Source: an uncultured delta proteobacterium
Lineage (GTDB): Bacteria > Desulfobacterota > RBG-13-43-22
NCBI GenBank assembly: GCA_963843145.1
Contig: CAWJJC010000022.1
Span: 320,001 to 384,000, forward strand
Direction of reading: 5' to 3'
DNA: 64,000 bases
The position numbers were made by a program, and so were the translations under genes. Positions within the stretch are counted from its first letter, which is position 1. Each line of letters starts with the position of its first letter. This document shows, piece after piece, positions 53,359 to 63,772 of this stretch. The notes below the pieces were generated by a model. It did not search any database. It was not told the origin of the DNA and worked only from the letters and a program-made list of their open reading frames with translations.

Positions 53359-54939
53359 TTATAATTCCACGGCCTGGACCGAGGAAACGGGCGGTAGCCC
53401 GGATACATCTTTCAGCACCGATGGCAGCAGAATCTGGTCCGTGGTCAGTAGGATGACGTTGTTTCCCTGGTCCTTTTCCTGGCCCACGTGCATCCGTTCA
53501 ATATTGATGCTGTGTTTGCCCAGGGTGGTGGCGATAGCCCCGATGACCCCGGGACGGTCGATGTTGGTAATGAGCAGCATGTGTCCTTGGGGGACGGCCT
53601 CCAAACGGAAGTTGTTCAGGCGCACAATGCGCGGCTCGGATTTTCCGAAAAGCGTACCGGAAATGGTGCTTTCCATGGACTGGGTTTTTACTTTGAGGGT
53701 GATGAGGTTAATAAAATCATCCGCGGTTTCGCTTTTGGATTCGACCACCTTGATCCCCCGCTCCTTGGCCAACAGGGGGGCATTCACAAAGTTGACCACA
53801 TCCCTCAAGGCCGGGGTGAGCAGGCCTTTTAACAGGGAAACGGTCATAGGCTGGGTATCGAAGGCGGCCACATCACCCAGATATTCGATCGCCACTTCCG
53901 TCAACCCACCCTCGATGATCTGAGCCTGAAAAGCTCCCAATCGCTCGGCCAGGGTCAAATAGGGTTTGATTCGTTCCAGCAGATGGGCACTCACCGAGGG
54001 GACATTCACCGCGTTCCGAATGACCCCATTCAGCAGGTAATCGATTATTTGTTCGGCCACACTCAGGGCCACATTTTCCTGGGCTTCTTTGGTGGAGGCG
54101 CCCAGGTGGGGAGTGCAGATAAAGTTGTCCAATTGCATCAGAGGGGAATCCCCGGGCGGCTCTTTTTCGAAGACGTCCAGGGCCGCGGCCGCCACCTGGC
54201 CGCTGGTCAGGGCTTCAGCCAGGGCCTGCTCGTCCACCACCCCGCCCCGGGAACAGTTTACCAGCATGACCCCTTTTTTCATTTTGGCTATAGCCTTGGC
54301 ATTGATGAATCCTAGGGTATCTTTGGTCTTGGGCACGTGAAGGGTGATAAAGTCGGCCCGCCGGTAAAGTTCGTCCAGGGTCACCCCTTCCACGCCCTGT
54401 TTGGAGATGGTTTCGGACTGGATGAAAGGGTCAAAGGCAATGACGTTCATTTTGAGGCCTTTGGCCCTATCAGCCACGATACTACCGATTTTGCCGATAC
54501 CAATGATGCCCAGGGTCTTGTTAAAAATTTCCCGGCCCTGAAATTTCTTTTTTTCCCATTTCTGGGCCTTCAGGGAGGCCGTGGCCTGGGGGATCATCCG
54601 AGTCATGGCCAGGATCAGGGAAAGAGTATGTTCCGCCGTGGTGATCGTGTTCCCTTCCGGAGTATTCATGACCACAATCCCCCGCTGCGTGGCGGCCGGG
54701 ATATCCACGTTATCCAACCCGATGCCGGCCCGACCGATGACTTTAAGTTTCTTGGCCGCGCCGATGATTTCCGCCGTTACCTTGGTGGCGCTGCGGATGG
54801 CCAGGCCATCGTAATCTTTAATGATAGCCTTCAGTTCTTCGGGAGGCAGTCCGGTCTTCACATCGACGGTAATCCCTTTGGCCTTTTTGAAGAGGTCAAT
54901 CCCTTTTTCCGACATATTGTCGCTTACCAAAACCTTCAT
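53359..54939 (-). CDS. serA: D-3-phosphoglycerate dehydrogenase (ASB + ACT domain type)
   Basis: RAGIGLDNVD, NTITTAEHT, GIGKIG, TPHLGAST and ACT domain DRPGVIG. Confidence 0.96.
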   Translation of the reverse strand: MKVLVSDNMSEKGIDLFKKAKGITVDVKTGLPPEELKAIIKDYDGLAIRSATKVTAEIIGAAKKLKVIGRAGIGLDNVDIPAATQRGIVVMNTPEGNTITTAEHTLSLILAMTRMIPQATASLKAQKWEKKKFQGREIFNKTLGIIGIGKIGSIVADRAKGLKMNVIAFDPFIQSETISKQGVEGVTLDELYRRADFITLHVPKTKDTLGFINAKAIAKMKKGVMLVNCSRGGVVDEQALAEALTSGQVAAAALDVFEKEPPGDSPLMQLDNFICTPHLGASTKEAQENVALSVAEQIIDYLLNGVIRNAVNVPSVSAHLLERIKPYLTLAERLGAFQAQIIEGGLTEVAIEYLGDVAAFDTQPMTVSLLKGLLTPALRDVVNFVNAPLLAKERGIKVVESKSETADDFINLITLKVKTQSMESTISGTLFGKSEPRIVRLNNFRLEAVPQGHMLLITNIDRPGVIGAIATTLGKHSINIERMHVGQEKDQGNNVILLTTDQILLPSVLKDVSGLPPVSSVQAVEL

Positions 54940-55389
54940 GTGTCTTTCCCCCTATATTTGAGTAAAAATCAGTGCGAAAGCCCGGAAATTGTTCCCTGGG
55001 CAGCCAAGGTTTTCAGTGCCCTTTCAGGGCTCTGAAAACGTCAGCCGCCCTCATCCGACCTAGTGGCGAGATCCGGAAAATTTTTCCCAAGACCATGGCC
55101 TGCTCGTCTAAAGGCGATGGCCTCGAGTCTGGCCAAAGGTGTTGTAGGTCCCCGGGACGTTAAAAAAAGCTTTGGCATCAATCCCCCGTAAGGCAAAGAA
55201 AAATTGAAGAAAATTAAGGAATTGGTGATATAGAAGCCAATGGTCTTATTCCTATCAAGTCATTGGCTGTTTGTCAATAGCGATGTTGTTGTCGGTAACA
55301 GACGGAGAGGAGATCAGGCGGCGCATCTTGGCGTACTCGCCAAGGTTTCAGCGGGGGATAAAGTGACAAACCAGCCAATCCCAAAAAAA

Positions 55390-56040
55390 CTAATGAAACG
55401 ATTTGCTTTGGTCAAGGGAAAGGCCGGCCAGGAAATCCGGGTCCAGCACATCTCCGGGTCGGAATTCCTGGCGGGTCCAACTAATCGCGTCTTTTAATTC
55501 GCGACCCATGCGGGCCAGGATTTCCGGGGTATGCATGGCCGGGACCACCGTGGTTCGAAACTGGTAGGGCACCTTTCCGGAAAGCAGCAGGGCAATGGAT
55601 TCCCGAATGGCCTCGACCGTGACCGGGACCCCGGCACAGCGACTGTAGGGATCGGCTTCCAGGGGCGCCTTGACGTCCAGGGCCACGAAATCCACTAGCT
55701 TTTCCTCCACCAAAAATTGCAGTACCTTGGGCCGGGTTCCGTTGGTATCCAGTTTGACCGGAAAGCCCAAGGCCTTGATGTCCATGAGGAGATCCGGCAG
55801 GTCCGGGTGCAGCGTGGGTTCACCCCCGGAGACACAAACCCCATCCAGCCAACCCCGAAGGGTCTGAAATCGTTCCCGGATAAAAGGCCAGGGCAGGGTC
55901 TCGTATTCCTCCGGACGGAGGATCAGGCCGTGGTTGTGGCAGTAGGGGCAGCGAAAATTACAGAAAGGAAGAAAAAGAACGGCGCAGATTTTTTCCGGCC
56001 AGTCGATAAAGGAAGTTTCTAAAAAGCCTTTAATTTCCAT
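55390..56040 (-). CDS. nrdG: Anaerobic ribonucleotide reductase activating radical SAM protein
   Basis: SFIDWP, CNFRCPYCHN, SGGEPT, KLDTNG and FRTTVVP motifs; downstream of nrdD. Confidence 0.92.
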   Translation of the reverse strand: MEIKGFLETSFIDWPEKICAVLFLPFCNFRCPYCHNHGLILRPEEYETLPWPFIRERFQTLRGWLDGVCVSGGEPTLHPDLPDLLMDIKALGFPVKLDTNGTRPKVLQFLVEEKLVDFVALDVKAPLEADPYSRCAGVPVTVEAIRESIALLLSGKVPYQFRTTVVPAMHTPEILARMGRELKDAISWTRQEFRPGDVLDPDFLAGLSLDQSKSFH

Positions 56041-56084
56041 CGATTTCGAATTGGAACCAAAAATGCGACTATTTTTGGTTAGCC

Positions 56085-56342
56085 TTAAAGGGACCGGGCG
56101 GCGCGTTTTCCCGATAAATAGTTCTTAATGGGAATCGCCCCGATGACGGATGTTGAATCATCCAGGATCAAGATAGGTAGCTCTTTTTGGGCCGTCTCCA
56201 CCAATTCATGCCAGGCCAGGTGAGCCAAGGCTTCCGGATTGTCTTCGCCCAGGATTTCTTCCCGAATCCCTAAGACCGTTAGATCGAATTTCCCTTTGAT
56301 ATAGTGGCATTTTTGGCAGTCGGCTTTGGTAAACAGGGTCAT
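56085..56342 (-). CDS. NrdH/glutaredoxin-like redoxin
   Basis: TLFTKADCQKC (CxxC) and LPILIL; SD GGAGAGG; located between nrdD and nrdG. Confidence 0.8.
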   Translation of the reverse strand: MTLFTKADCQKCHYIKGKFDLTVLGIREEILGEDNPEALAHLAWHELVETAQKELPILILDDSTSVIGAIPIKNYLSGKRAARSL

Positions 56343-56359
56343 GGACCTCTCCTTTTATG

Positions 56360-58484
56360 TTATGAGGATTGGGATTTCTTAAGAAAAGGACTGTTACGAA
56401 AACGATCGGCCAACTCACCCTTCTTGCCTTTATTCCAACCGGAAATCTTGGTGAAATAGCCGGTAATCCGGGTAATGCCGTCCACTTCCGAGGAATGACA
56501 GAGCGGGCAGCGTTCGGTTAGACCCCGGCTGGTCCGACCGCAGTCCCGGCAGGTAGTGAATTCCGGGGAAAAGGCGATCTGATCGTTCTTGGTTTTCCTG
56601 AATGTTTTGACGACGAAACCGGCCAAGGCCACTGGATCCGGCTTGGATTCTCCGATCCAAATGTGGGTCAGTGCCCCGGCCTCGATCAGCGGGTGAAACA
56701 GTCCCTCGTAGCGGACCCGATCAATGGGGTTGATCGGCGCCGAGACGTTGAAAAGGGTGGAATTGGTGTAGTAAATCTCTCCCCGGGAAATATTCCCCTT
56801 AACGACGGCCCGGGCCCGGCCCGGGTATTTTTCCATATCCAGCTTGGCAAAACGGTAGGCCGTGCTTTCCGCCGGAGTCTGTTCCAGAACCAGATGCAGG
56901 CCATGTTTCTGACCGAACCGGTCGGCCACCAATTTCATGTAGGCGATGACTTTTAAGCCAAATTTGATTGACCGGTCGCTGGCCTGGAGTTCCTCCCCGG
57001 TATGGAATTGTACCAACTCGTTTAGGCCCACCATGCCGAGGAGATGCGTGGCCCGGTCCAGACGCAAATAGGGACTGCCATCCCGGTTCATGGTCAGCAG
57101 GGACAGAGGCCCGGTCTCCCCCAGTTGGAGCAGCTTTTGAATGAAAGCCCTTTTCTGAAGATGGGCCTCCACGGCCAGTTCGAGGGTATCGGCCAGTTTG
57201 GAGAAAAGGGCGGTATCTTCTCCTCCGGCCTCATAGGCGATACGGGGCAGGTTGAGGGTCACGTTCTGCAAGGCGCAATACCGCATCCGCCAGGGCTCCT
57301 TGGCATCTTCCAGGTCCCGGGCTTCCAACTTGAAACTCAGCCGGCAGCATTCGGAAATTTTAGCCGTCTGGCCCCGGTCGAAAACGAAGTAGGTGTTACC
57401 CTTCAAAGCAGCTACTTCGCAGATATGATTTAGAAATTCCTGGTGTCCGGGTGTCTCGAAGAATTTCTCGGTAATGTGGACCAGGGGTTTGGGAAAGAAA
57501 AAGGGCCGTCCTGAACCATCTCCTTCTTTAAATACCTCAAAAAGGAGCCAGACGAATTTTTGGGCCAGGGGCAGGTAATCGGCATACGTTTTTCCGGTAT
57601 ATTCTCCCCCGGGCCCGATGGCCGGGACCGATTCAAAATGCTTAGGAATTTCCCAGTAGAGATTGATATCGGTGAAGATGGCCTGCCCTCCCCGGGCCAC
57701 GGCCTGCTGGGAGAATTCAAAAATAAGCATCTGGGCCAACTGTTTGATCTCCTGGTCCGACAACCCTTCCAGGTAGGGGGCAAAGAACAGGTTGACGGCA
57801 TCCCAGCCGATGGCACCGGCGAAATGGCACTGCAGGGCCGCCGCAAACTTGACCATGTGGGCCAGCAGCACTTCCGGGTGTTTGGCCGGTTTGGCCATGG
57901 ACAGGGCGTTGGGCAAGTTCAGGCCGAATTTTTTGATGTATTCCAGAGATTGACCGGAACAATACGGGCGGTCGATAAATCCCAGATCATGGAGATGGAG
58001 ATCGCCGCGCATGTGGGCGTCGCCCACTTCCGGGGAAAAAACGGTCAGCAGGGCGTATTCTTTCTTGATCCCTTCGGCCAGGGTCAGGTTGGTGGCCTCG
58101 GGGCCGTGGGGCACATTGGCGTTTTCCTTGTTGGGGTGGACGATCAACTGGTCCACGTCATACCAGGGGACGCCCAGTCGGGTATGCACGGCGCCGCGGC
58201 TTTTCCAGCCCCCGCTCGACCAGCTTGGCGTTAACCAGTTCCCGGATCAGCGGGGCGGTGACCATGGTGATCCGGGAAGTGAATATCATTTCCTCCACTT
58301 CGCGGCTGATGGCCTCCGCCGTGTCCTCGTCCACCAGCGTTTCCCGAACCAGGGCCTGGACGATGCGCCGGCGGTCCCAGGTAATCAGATCTTCGTCCGA
58401 GGTCCGAACAAACAGGGCCAGATCCGTGGTTTCTCTGGAGGCCGGATCGGCCGACTCGCGGGAAAACTCGATGACAGAACCCAT
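56360..58484 (-). CDS. nrdD: Class III (anaerobic) ribonucleoside-triphosphate reductase, frameshifted near 58195
   Basis: The ATP-cone ORF 58158-58484 continues in another frame into AHMRGDLHLHDL, SECCRL, EQTPAES, YYTNS, CxxC...CxxC and the glycyl loop TRITGYF. Confidence 0.93.
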
Positions 58485-58552
58485 GGCAATTCCTTAGTTT
58501 TGGCGGTTAAAAACGAAGCGGACGGCCGACGGGCTGTTTCAACGGACCGGCC

Positions 58553-58604
58553 ATCCTTTATATGGTGGATGACAGAGGTTAAAATACAAGATATGGTATG
58601 TCAA
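58553..58604 (-). promoter_or_regulatory. nrdD promoter with tandem NrdR boxes
   Basis: Minus strand TTGACA-17-TAACCT. Boxes ATACCATATCTTGTAT (58584-58599) and CCACCATATAAAGGAT (58553-58568) are 31 bp apart and resemble acaCwAtATaTwGtgt. Confidence 0.75.
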
Positions 58605-58830
58605 GCAAAAAAAAAGAAGCGGGGGCCATTGGCGCTTAAGCCCTCAAAAAGGCAGGCATTTTAGGTGGGGGGCCGGGTGATGGAACCCTTTAGACTGATC
58701 TTTTCAAATAATAACGTTTTTTCTGCTCGAACCCCTGGCAAATCGAATATAATGCTTGTCGGCTTCAGAAAGAGGGATAATCCGGTAAGAAATGGTGACC
58801 GTGAAAAGGAAGGATTCGGGGAAAGGTGGA

Positions 58831-59999
58831 ATGAAAGGGCTTTTCAAAAATAACTTTAGGTGGCGGATAGCCTCTTTGTTTTTATTATCTTTTCTGTTAC
58901 TCGGCGCCTGGGGAGCGAGGATGGGACCTTCCGCCGATAAGGCCCAGCCGGTTTCGAATCACTTTGACGGCAACCGATATTTCAACCCGAATTCACCTTC
59001 CATCATGGGTGAGGGGCCGAAACGGGGGGTTCTGGGATGGGTCTGGCGGTGGATGGTCGGTAACGATTGGCCGCAGTGGCCGAACTTCAAAGATTTCCCA
59101 CCCGGACCACCGCCTTCGGCCCGCGTGCCGAAAGGGACCCTTCGGATTACCTCTGTTGGTCACGCTACTTTCCTGATCCAAATGGATGGGCTCAACCTGC
59201 TGCTGGATCCCATGTGGTCGGACCGCTGCAGTCCGGTATCGTGGGCGGGTCCCCAGCGACACAGCCGGCCGGGCATCCGTTTCGAGGACCTGCCTCCCAT
59301 TGATGCCGTGCTGGTGTCCCACAATCACTACGATCATCTTGATCTGCCCACACTGGAACGTCTCGCGGAAAAAGGCACTCCCCGTAGCATAGTGCCGCTC
59401 GGCAACCGAGACCTGGTTCGAGACAGCGGGCATTCTCATAGTGGACGAGCTCGATTGGTGGCGATCCGTTCAATTGTCTTCAGACGTCATGGTTACCCTG
59501 GTCCCGGCCCAGCACTTTTCATCACGAACGCCTGTGGGACCGTAACCGGGCCCTCTGGGGAGGTTTTGTCGTCTCCGGACCTTCGGGAAATGTCTTTTAT
59601 TCCGGGGATACGGGATATGGCCCCCATTTCCGTGAGATCGCCCGCCGTTTCTCACCCATCCGGGTGGCCATCCTACCGATATCCCCTTTCCAGCCGCAAT
59701 CCCCGGATAACCCTTCTGCCGATCATCGTCTTCGAATCCACATGAGGCCGAGGGAGGCCGTCCAGGCCCACCTGGACCTGGGCGCGCAGGTCAGCATCGC
59801 GGCCCATTACCAGGTGTTCCAGCTTGGACCGGATGGCTTTGACGATGCCGTGCAGGAACTGGCCGCGACAATAAATAGCCGGAATCTAAACCCTGACGCG
59901 TTCATCGTCTTGAGCCCCGGTCAGAGTCGAGAATGGGGTACGCTTTTAACCAAGATAGACAATCCGGTTATTTTTGGAGCACTACCTATTGGAAGATAA
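58831..59999 (+). CDS. MBL-fold metallo-hydrolase (NAPE-PLD-like) with two frameshifts
   Basis: VGHATFLIQ, DPMWSDRCSP and SHNHYDHLD. Removing single bases near 59430 and 59531 restores ELDWW, PAQHFSSRTLWDRNRALWGGF, SGDTGY and HMRPREAVQAH. Confidence 0.85.
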
Positions 60000-60147
60000 T
60001 CGGACGAGTTCATTAGAAGCCGAAAAAGATCCGTAATAAAAAATAAAGAGTTTTAGCAATATTCGTTGATTACGACCCCCCGACATTCCACCTAATCTGA
60101 CGGGAACTCAGGCAAAACAATTGGTGATTAAAAAATTAAGTGACCTG

Positions 60148-61695
60148 TCAATTCGATATGATTGGCAGATAATTCTTGTAGTTCAACGAAGGTTTATCAT
60201 CAAAAGTAGCCGTAAGGGACATGTCACTGCTCATGGTTATCGTGCATTGAGGATCATTGCTAACACAAGCTCCCGACCAGCCGACAAAAATCGAATCGGC
60301 ATCCGGAGTTGCCGTAATGGTTACTGCCGTATCATCATTAAAGGTGGACCCTTCGGGGCTGTTGTTTACCGTACCCCTTCCGGTCCCCTTCTTGGAAATG
60401 CTCAAGGAGTGAGTGGACGAATTAGTTGTTTTATAAATAAAAGTGGCGTTTATCTGGTGATTGGTTCTTACATTTTTGAAAGAATAGGAGCTGACCGTTC
60501 CCACGGAAATCCCGTCCACCTTAACCACACTAATCTGGAAATTTGAAGAGGCATTGATGAGGTAAGTCTGATTTGTACCGTAGGAGACCGTGGTAATTCC
60601 GGCAGGTGTAATGGAGCCATTCGGCCCGGCCAGGGCCGTTAGGCTGTAGGTTTTCAAGGTGAACGAGGCGGTTATCGATTGATTGGCGTCCATGGTCACT
60701 GTGCAGGTGCTGGCTTGGCCACTGCAAGCTCCGCCCCATCCGGAAAATATTGAACTAGAATATGCGGAAGCGGTCAAAGTTACTTTTGTACCTTTTTTGA
60801 AGGTAGTCCCCCCTGGTTTATTGGTCACATTTCCCTGGCCATTTCCGATCTTGGAAATGGATAGAATGTACGCGTCCGCGGATGTTCTGGGCAAGAAGGT
60901 GGCGGACAGGGTGTGGTTGGCCGTGACGGAGGAGAAAGTGTAGGAGGTGACCGCTCCGACCGACACGCCATCCACCAACACATTGGCCACGTTAAATCCC
61001 GTGGCGGGAGTAATGGCATAGGTCTGGCTGCCTCCGTAGTTGACGGTCAGGGACCCGGTGGGACTTACTGTTCCGTTGGCCCCGGCCGAGGCTGTCAGGG
61101 TGAAGGTTTTCAGGGCGAAATTAGCCATTACGGACTGGCTGCCGTTAAGATTCACTGTGCAGGGGTTGGCCGTTCCGCTGCAGGCCCCGTTCCATCCGGT
61201 AAACGTGGAATTGGAATTTGAAGCCGCTGTCAGACTGACCGAGGTAACGCTGCTGAAAGACTCGCTGCAATCGGTTCCGCAGTTGATCCCGGTTCCCGTA
61301 ATCGTACCCGCGCCGGTACCGGCTTGATTGACGGATAGCGAAAAAAGGGTAGTCGAGGGCGTATATTTGACCTCATTGGAAAAGCCACTTTCCATTCCTT
61401 GGGTATTATAAGCGGTTACCGAGAGGAAATAGGTGATATTCTGATCCAGGTTCCCCGCCGTGGCTTGGGTTTGGTTCCCTGTATCTAGAGTCCAGGAGTA
61501 CTGGCGCGATTGAACCCCGAGATAGATTTTATATCCGGCCAGGTCAGGTTCGGTATTTGGATCCCAAGCCAGGGTAACTTCGGCAGAAAAGCCGATGGAT
61601 GAACAGACAAGGTTGAATAAGACGACTGCGGAAAAAGGACCTAATTTGTATAAAATGGGGGAAAGGATCTTTTTGAATCTGGCCTGTAAAAACAA
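60148..61695 (-). CDS. Secreted FN3 + InlB-B-like repeat protein, paralogue of 5928-10457
   Basis: VTLAWDPNTEPDLAGY...ESGFSNEV, followed by diverged FTGWNGAC/FSGWGGAC/FVGWSGAC and alternating repeats. The protein ends in YLPIISN. Confidence 0.88.
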   Translation of the reverse strand: MFLQARFKKILSPILYKLGPFSAVVLFNLVCSSIGFSAEVTLAWDPNTEPDLAGYKIYLGVQSRQYSWTLDTGNQTQATAGNLDQNITYFLSVTAYNTQGMESGFSNEVKYTPSTTLFSLSVNQAGTGAGTITGTGINCGTDCSESFSSVTSVSLTAASNSNSTFTGWNGACSGTANPCTVNLNGSQSVMANFALKTFTLTASAGANGTVSPTGSLTVNYGGSQTYAITPATGFNVANVLVDGVSVGAVTSYTFSSVTANHTLSATFLPRTSADAYILSISKIGNGQGNVTNKPGGTTFKKGTKVTLTASAYSSSIFSGWGGACSGQASTCTVTMDANQSITASFTLKTYSLTALAGPNGSITPAGITTVSYGTNQTYLINASSNFQISVVKVDGISVGTVSSYSFKNVRTNHQINATFIYKTTNSSTHSLSISKKGTGRGTVNNSPEGSTFNDDTAVTITATPDADSIFVGWSGACVSNDPQCTITMSSDMSLTATFDDKPSLNYKNYLPIISN

Positions 61696-61756
61696 TGTTT
61701 CCTCCTTTTTGAGTGATGATGCACGCGTTACGATGGCTTATGGTTATACTGGGATA

Positions 61757-61813
61757 GGCAAAAAATCTGCCAATTAGGGGTAAAATAGAAAAGTTTTTAA
61801 TATCAAACAGTTA
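61757..61813 (-). promoter_or_regulatory. Sigma54 promoter with upstream IHF site
   Basis: Minus strand TGGCAGATTTTTTGCC (61757-61772, GG-N10-GC). TATCAAACAGTTA at 61801-61813 matches WATCAANNNNTTR exactly. Confidence 0.72.
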
Positions 61814-61946
61814 TGTTGAAAATGAAATGCGGGACTTAAAGAAGCGGGTGGAGCTCATATTTAATGAATGTTTTTTCATGCAGTCGAACCTGGCTAAAAT
61901 TGACAGGGATAACCTGGACTAGGATTATATTTTTGGAATAGTAGTA

Positions 61947-62578
61947 GTGTCTGCTGTGTAAAACGTATGAGCAGTCGATTAAAGTCCGACCTTGGGAATT
62001 CATTAGCTCGCCCACGTACCTGGGGGGAGGTGTTAATGGTGGCTGGAAGGACTAAGTTCCCCGACCAAGGCTCGGAGAGGGAGCTGAGCAAACCTGTGGG
62101 TTGGAGCGCAAGCGAAGCCGGAAGTAGCCCCGAAATTTTTAAAAAGATTCAGGACATTCAGAGGAAACAATACCGGAAGGCCAAGCAGGAGAAGGAGTAC
62201 CGTTGCTATCTTCTCTATGACAAGGTGTATCGGCTGGACGTCCTGAGCCAGGCCTACCAACTGGTCAAAGCGAACAAGGGAGCGCTGGGCAAAGACGGCG
62301 AAATCTTTGAGCGCCTAGAGGAGACAGGAGGAGGAGTCGAGGAGCATCTGGAAACGATTGCCGGTGAACTTAAGCGAAAATTCTACCAGCCTCAGGCTGT
62401 CCGTGGGCTGTATATACCCAAAGCATCCGGAGGCCGACGACTGCTGGGCATCCCGCTGATCAAGGACAGGGTAGTGCAGATGGCTGTAAAAATAGCGATC
62501 GATCCGATCTTCGAAGTCGATTCTCAGGACAACTCCTACGGATTCAGGCCGGAGCGGAGTGCCCACCAAAGGCAATAA
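61947..62578 (+). mobile_element. Truncated group II intron remnant (5' RNA end plus N-terminal reverse transcriptase)
   Basis: LYDKVYRLDVL..AYQLVKANKGA.G.DG, YQPQAVR..YIPK..G..R.LGIP..KDRVVQ and SYGFRPERSAHQ, then a stop. No YADD motif and no DV/DVI seen. Confidence 0.85.
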
Positions 62579-62584
62579 CTTCAC

Positions 62585-62620
62585 AAAAAGAGGGGGGATC
62601 CGCACATCCCCCCTTTTTTT
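62585..62620. terminator. Bidirectional intrinsic terminator
   Basis: AAAAAGAGGGGGGAT...ATCCCCCTTTTTTT between the convergent RT remnant and dapA. Confidence 0.75.
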
Positions 62621-62651
62621 ATAGATTAAACGAAAAAATCGTCCCTGAGCA

Positions 62652-63557
62652 TTAACCCTTCAATCGCCCCACGGCGACCAGGTCCTTCCGCAGTTTTTCC
62701 CTATTGGCCGGCTTCATGGGCACCAGGGGAAGGCGCGGCGGGCCGGCCGGAAGGCCCATCATCTGCATGGCTTCTTTGACCGGGACCGGGTTGGTCTCAA
62801 TGAAGAGTGTTTTCACCAAAGGCAGCGTCCGGTAGTGGATCTCCAGCGCCTCGGCGGTTTTACCCTCCTTCATCAGGCGACACATCTGGGTGTATTCTTT
62901 GCCGATCACGTTGGCCACCGCGCTGATGGCGCCGTCTCCGCCCAGGGCCATCATGCCGTAGGTCAGGGCATCCTCCCCGCAGAGGACATAAAAGGTCTTA
63001 CCCCGGCGCTTGGTCCCGGCAATGATCTCCATGGTCTGCCCGAGATCGGCGCAGGCATCCTTGAGGCCGACGATATTATCGATTTCCGCCAGTTGGATGA
63101 TGGTCTGGGGTTCGATGTTTTTCCCGGTACGGCCCGGAATATTATAAATCAGGATGGGCAGCTTGGTGTTTTTGGCGATGGCCTCAAAATGGGCCAGCAT
63201 CCCGTCCATGGTCGGCTTATTGTAGTAGGGGCCTACCTGCAGGGTGGCATCGGCGCCCGCCTCTTCGGCGTGGCGGGTCATCATGATCGCTTCCTGGGTG
63301 CTGTTCGATCCCGTACCGGCAATTACCGGGACCCTCCCCCGGGTTTCCTTGACGGTGATCTCGATGACCTTATTATGTTCCTCGTGGTCCAGTGTGGGCG
63401 ATTCCCCGGTGGTCCCGCAGGGGACCAGTCCGTCCACCTTTTCCTCTTCAATTAAATAATTGATCAAGCGGCGCAGGCCGTCTTCATCCAGAGAAAAATC
63501 GTCCTTAAAGGGTGTTACGAACGGGACATGGCAGCCGGAAAAATCGGTCAAGGCCAT
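62652..63557 (-). CDS. dapA: 4-hydroxy-tetrahydrodipicolinate synthase
   Basis: GTTGESPTL, AGTGSNST, PYYNKP, YNIPGRTG, GLKDA and ETNPVPVK motifs. Confidence 0.95.
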   Translation of the reverse strand: MALTDFSGCHVPFVTPFKDDFSLDEDGLRRLINYLIEEEKVDGLVPCGTTGESPTLDHEEHNKVIEITVKETRGRVPVIAGTGSNSTQEAIMMTRHAEEAGADATLQVGPYYNKPTMDGMLAHFEAIAKNTKLPILIYNIPGRTGKNIEPQTIIQLAEIDNIVGLKDACADLGQTMEIIAGTKRRGKTFYVLCGEDALTYGMMALGGDGAISAVANVIGKEYTQMCRLMKEGKTAEALEIHYRTLPLVKTLFIETNPVPVKEAMQMMGLPAGPPRLPLVPMKPANREKLRKDLVAVGRLKG

Positions 63558-63772
63558 AAGACACCTCCTTTATTTGGCTTAAACCCTTCGTTTTTGGGTT
63601 AAAAAAACCGCAGGGAGTCATGCCCCACGGCCCTATTAGTTTAGATTTAGCCAAAAGTAGGGGGTCTTGTCAATACTTTATCGTGGAACCGAAGAATCGT
63701 TTGACTTTTTATCAGGGTTGAGATTATGCTTAAGGCAATTGCTTAAATCAACACTCGACAGGCTATGGGAAC

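Noticed and set aside
63558-63700. Lysine riboswitch upstream of dapA
   Set aside because: There is too little space, and no conserved L-box elements are visible.
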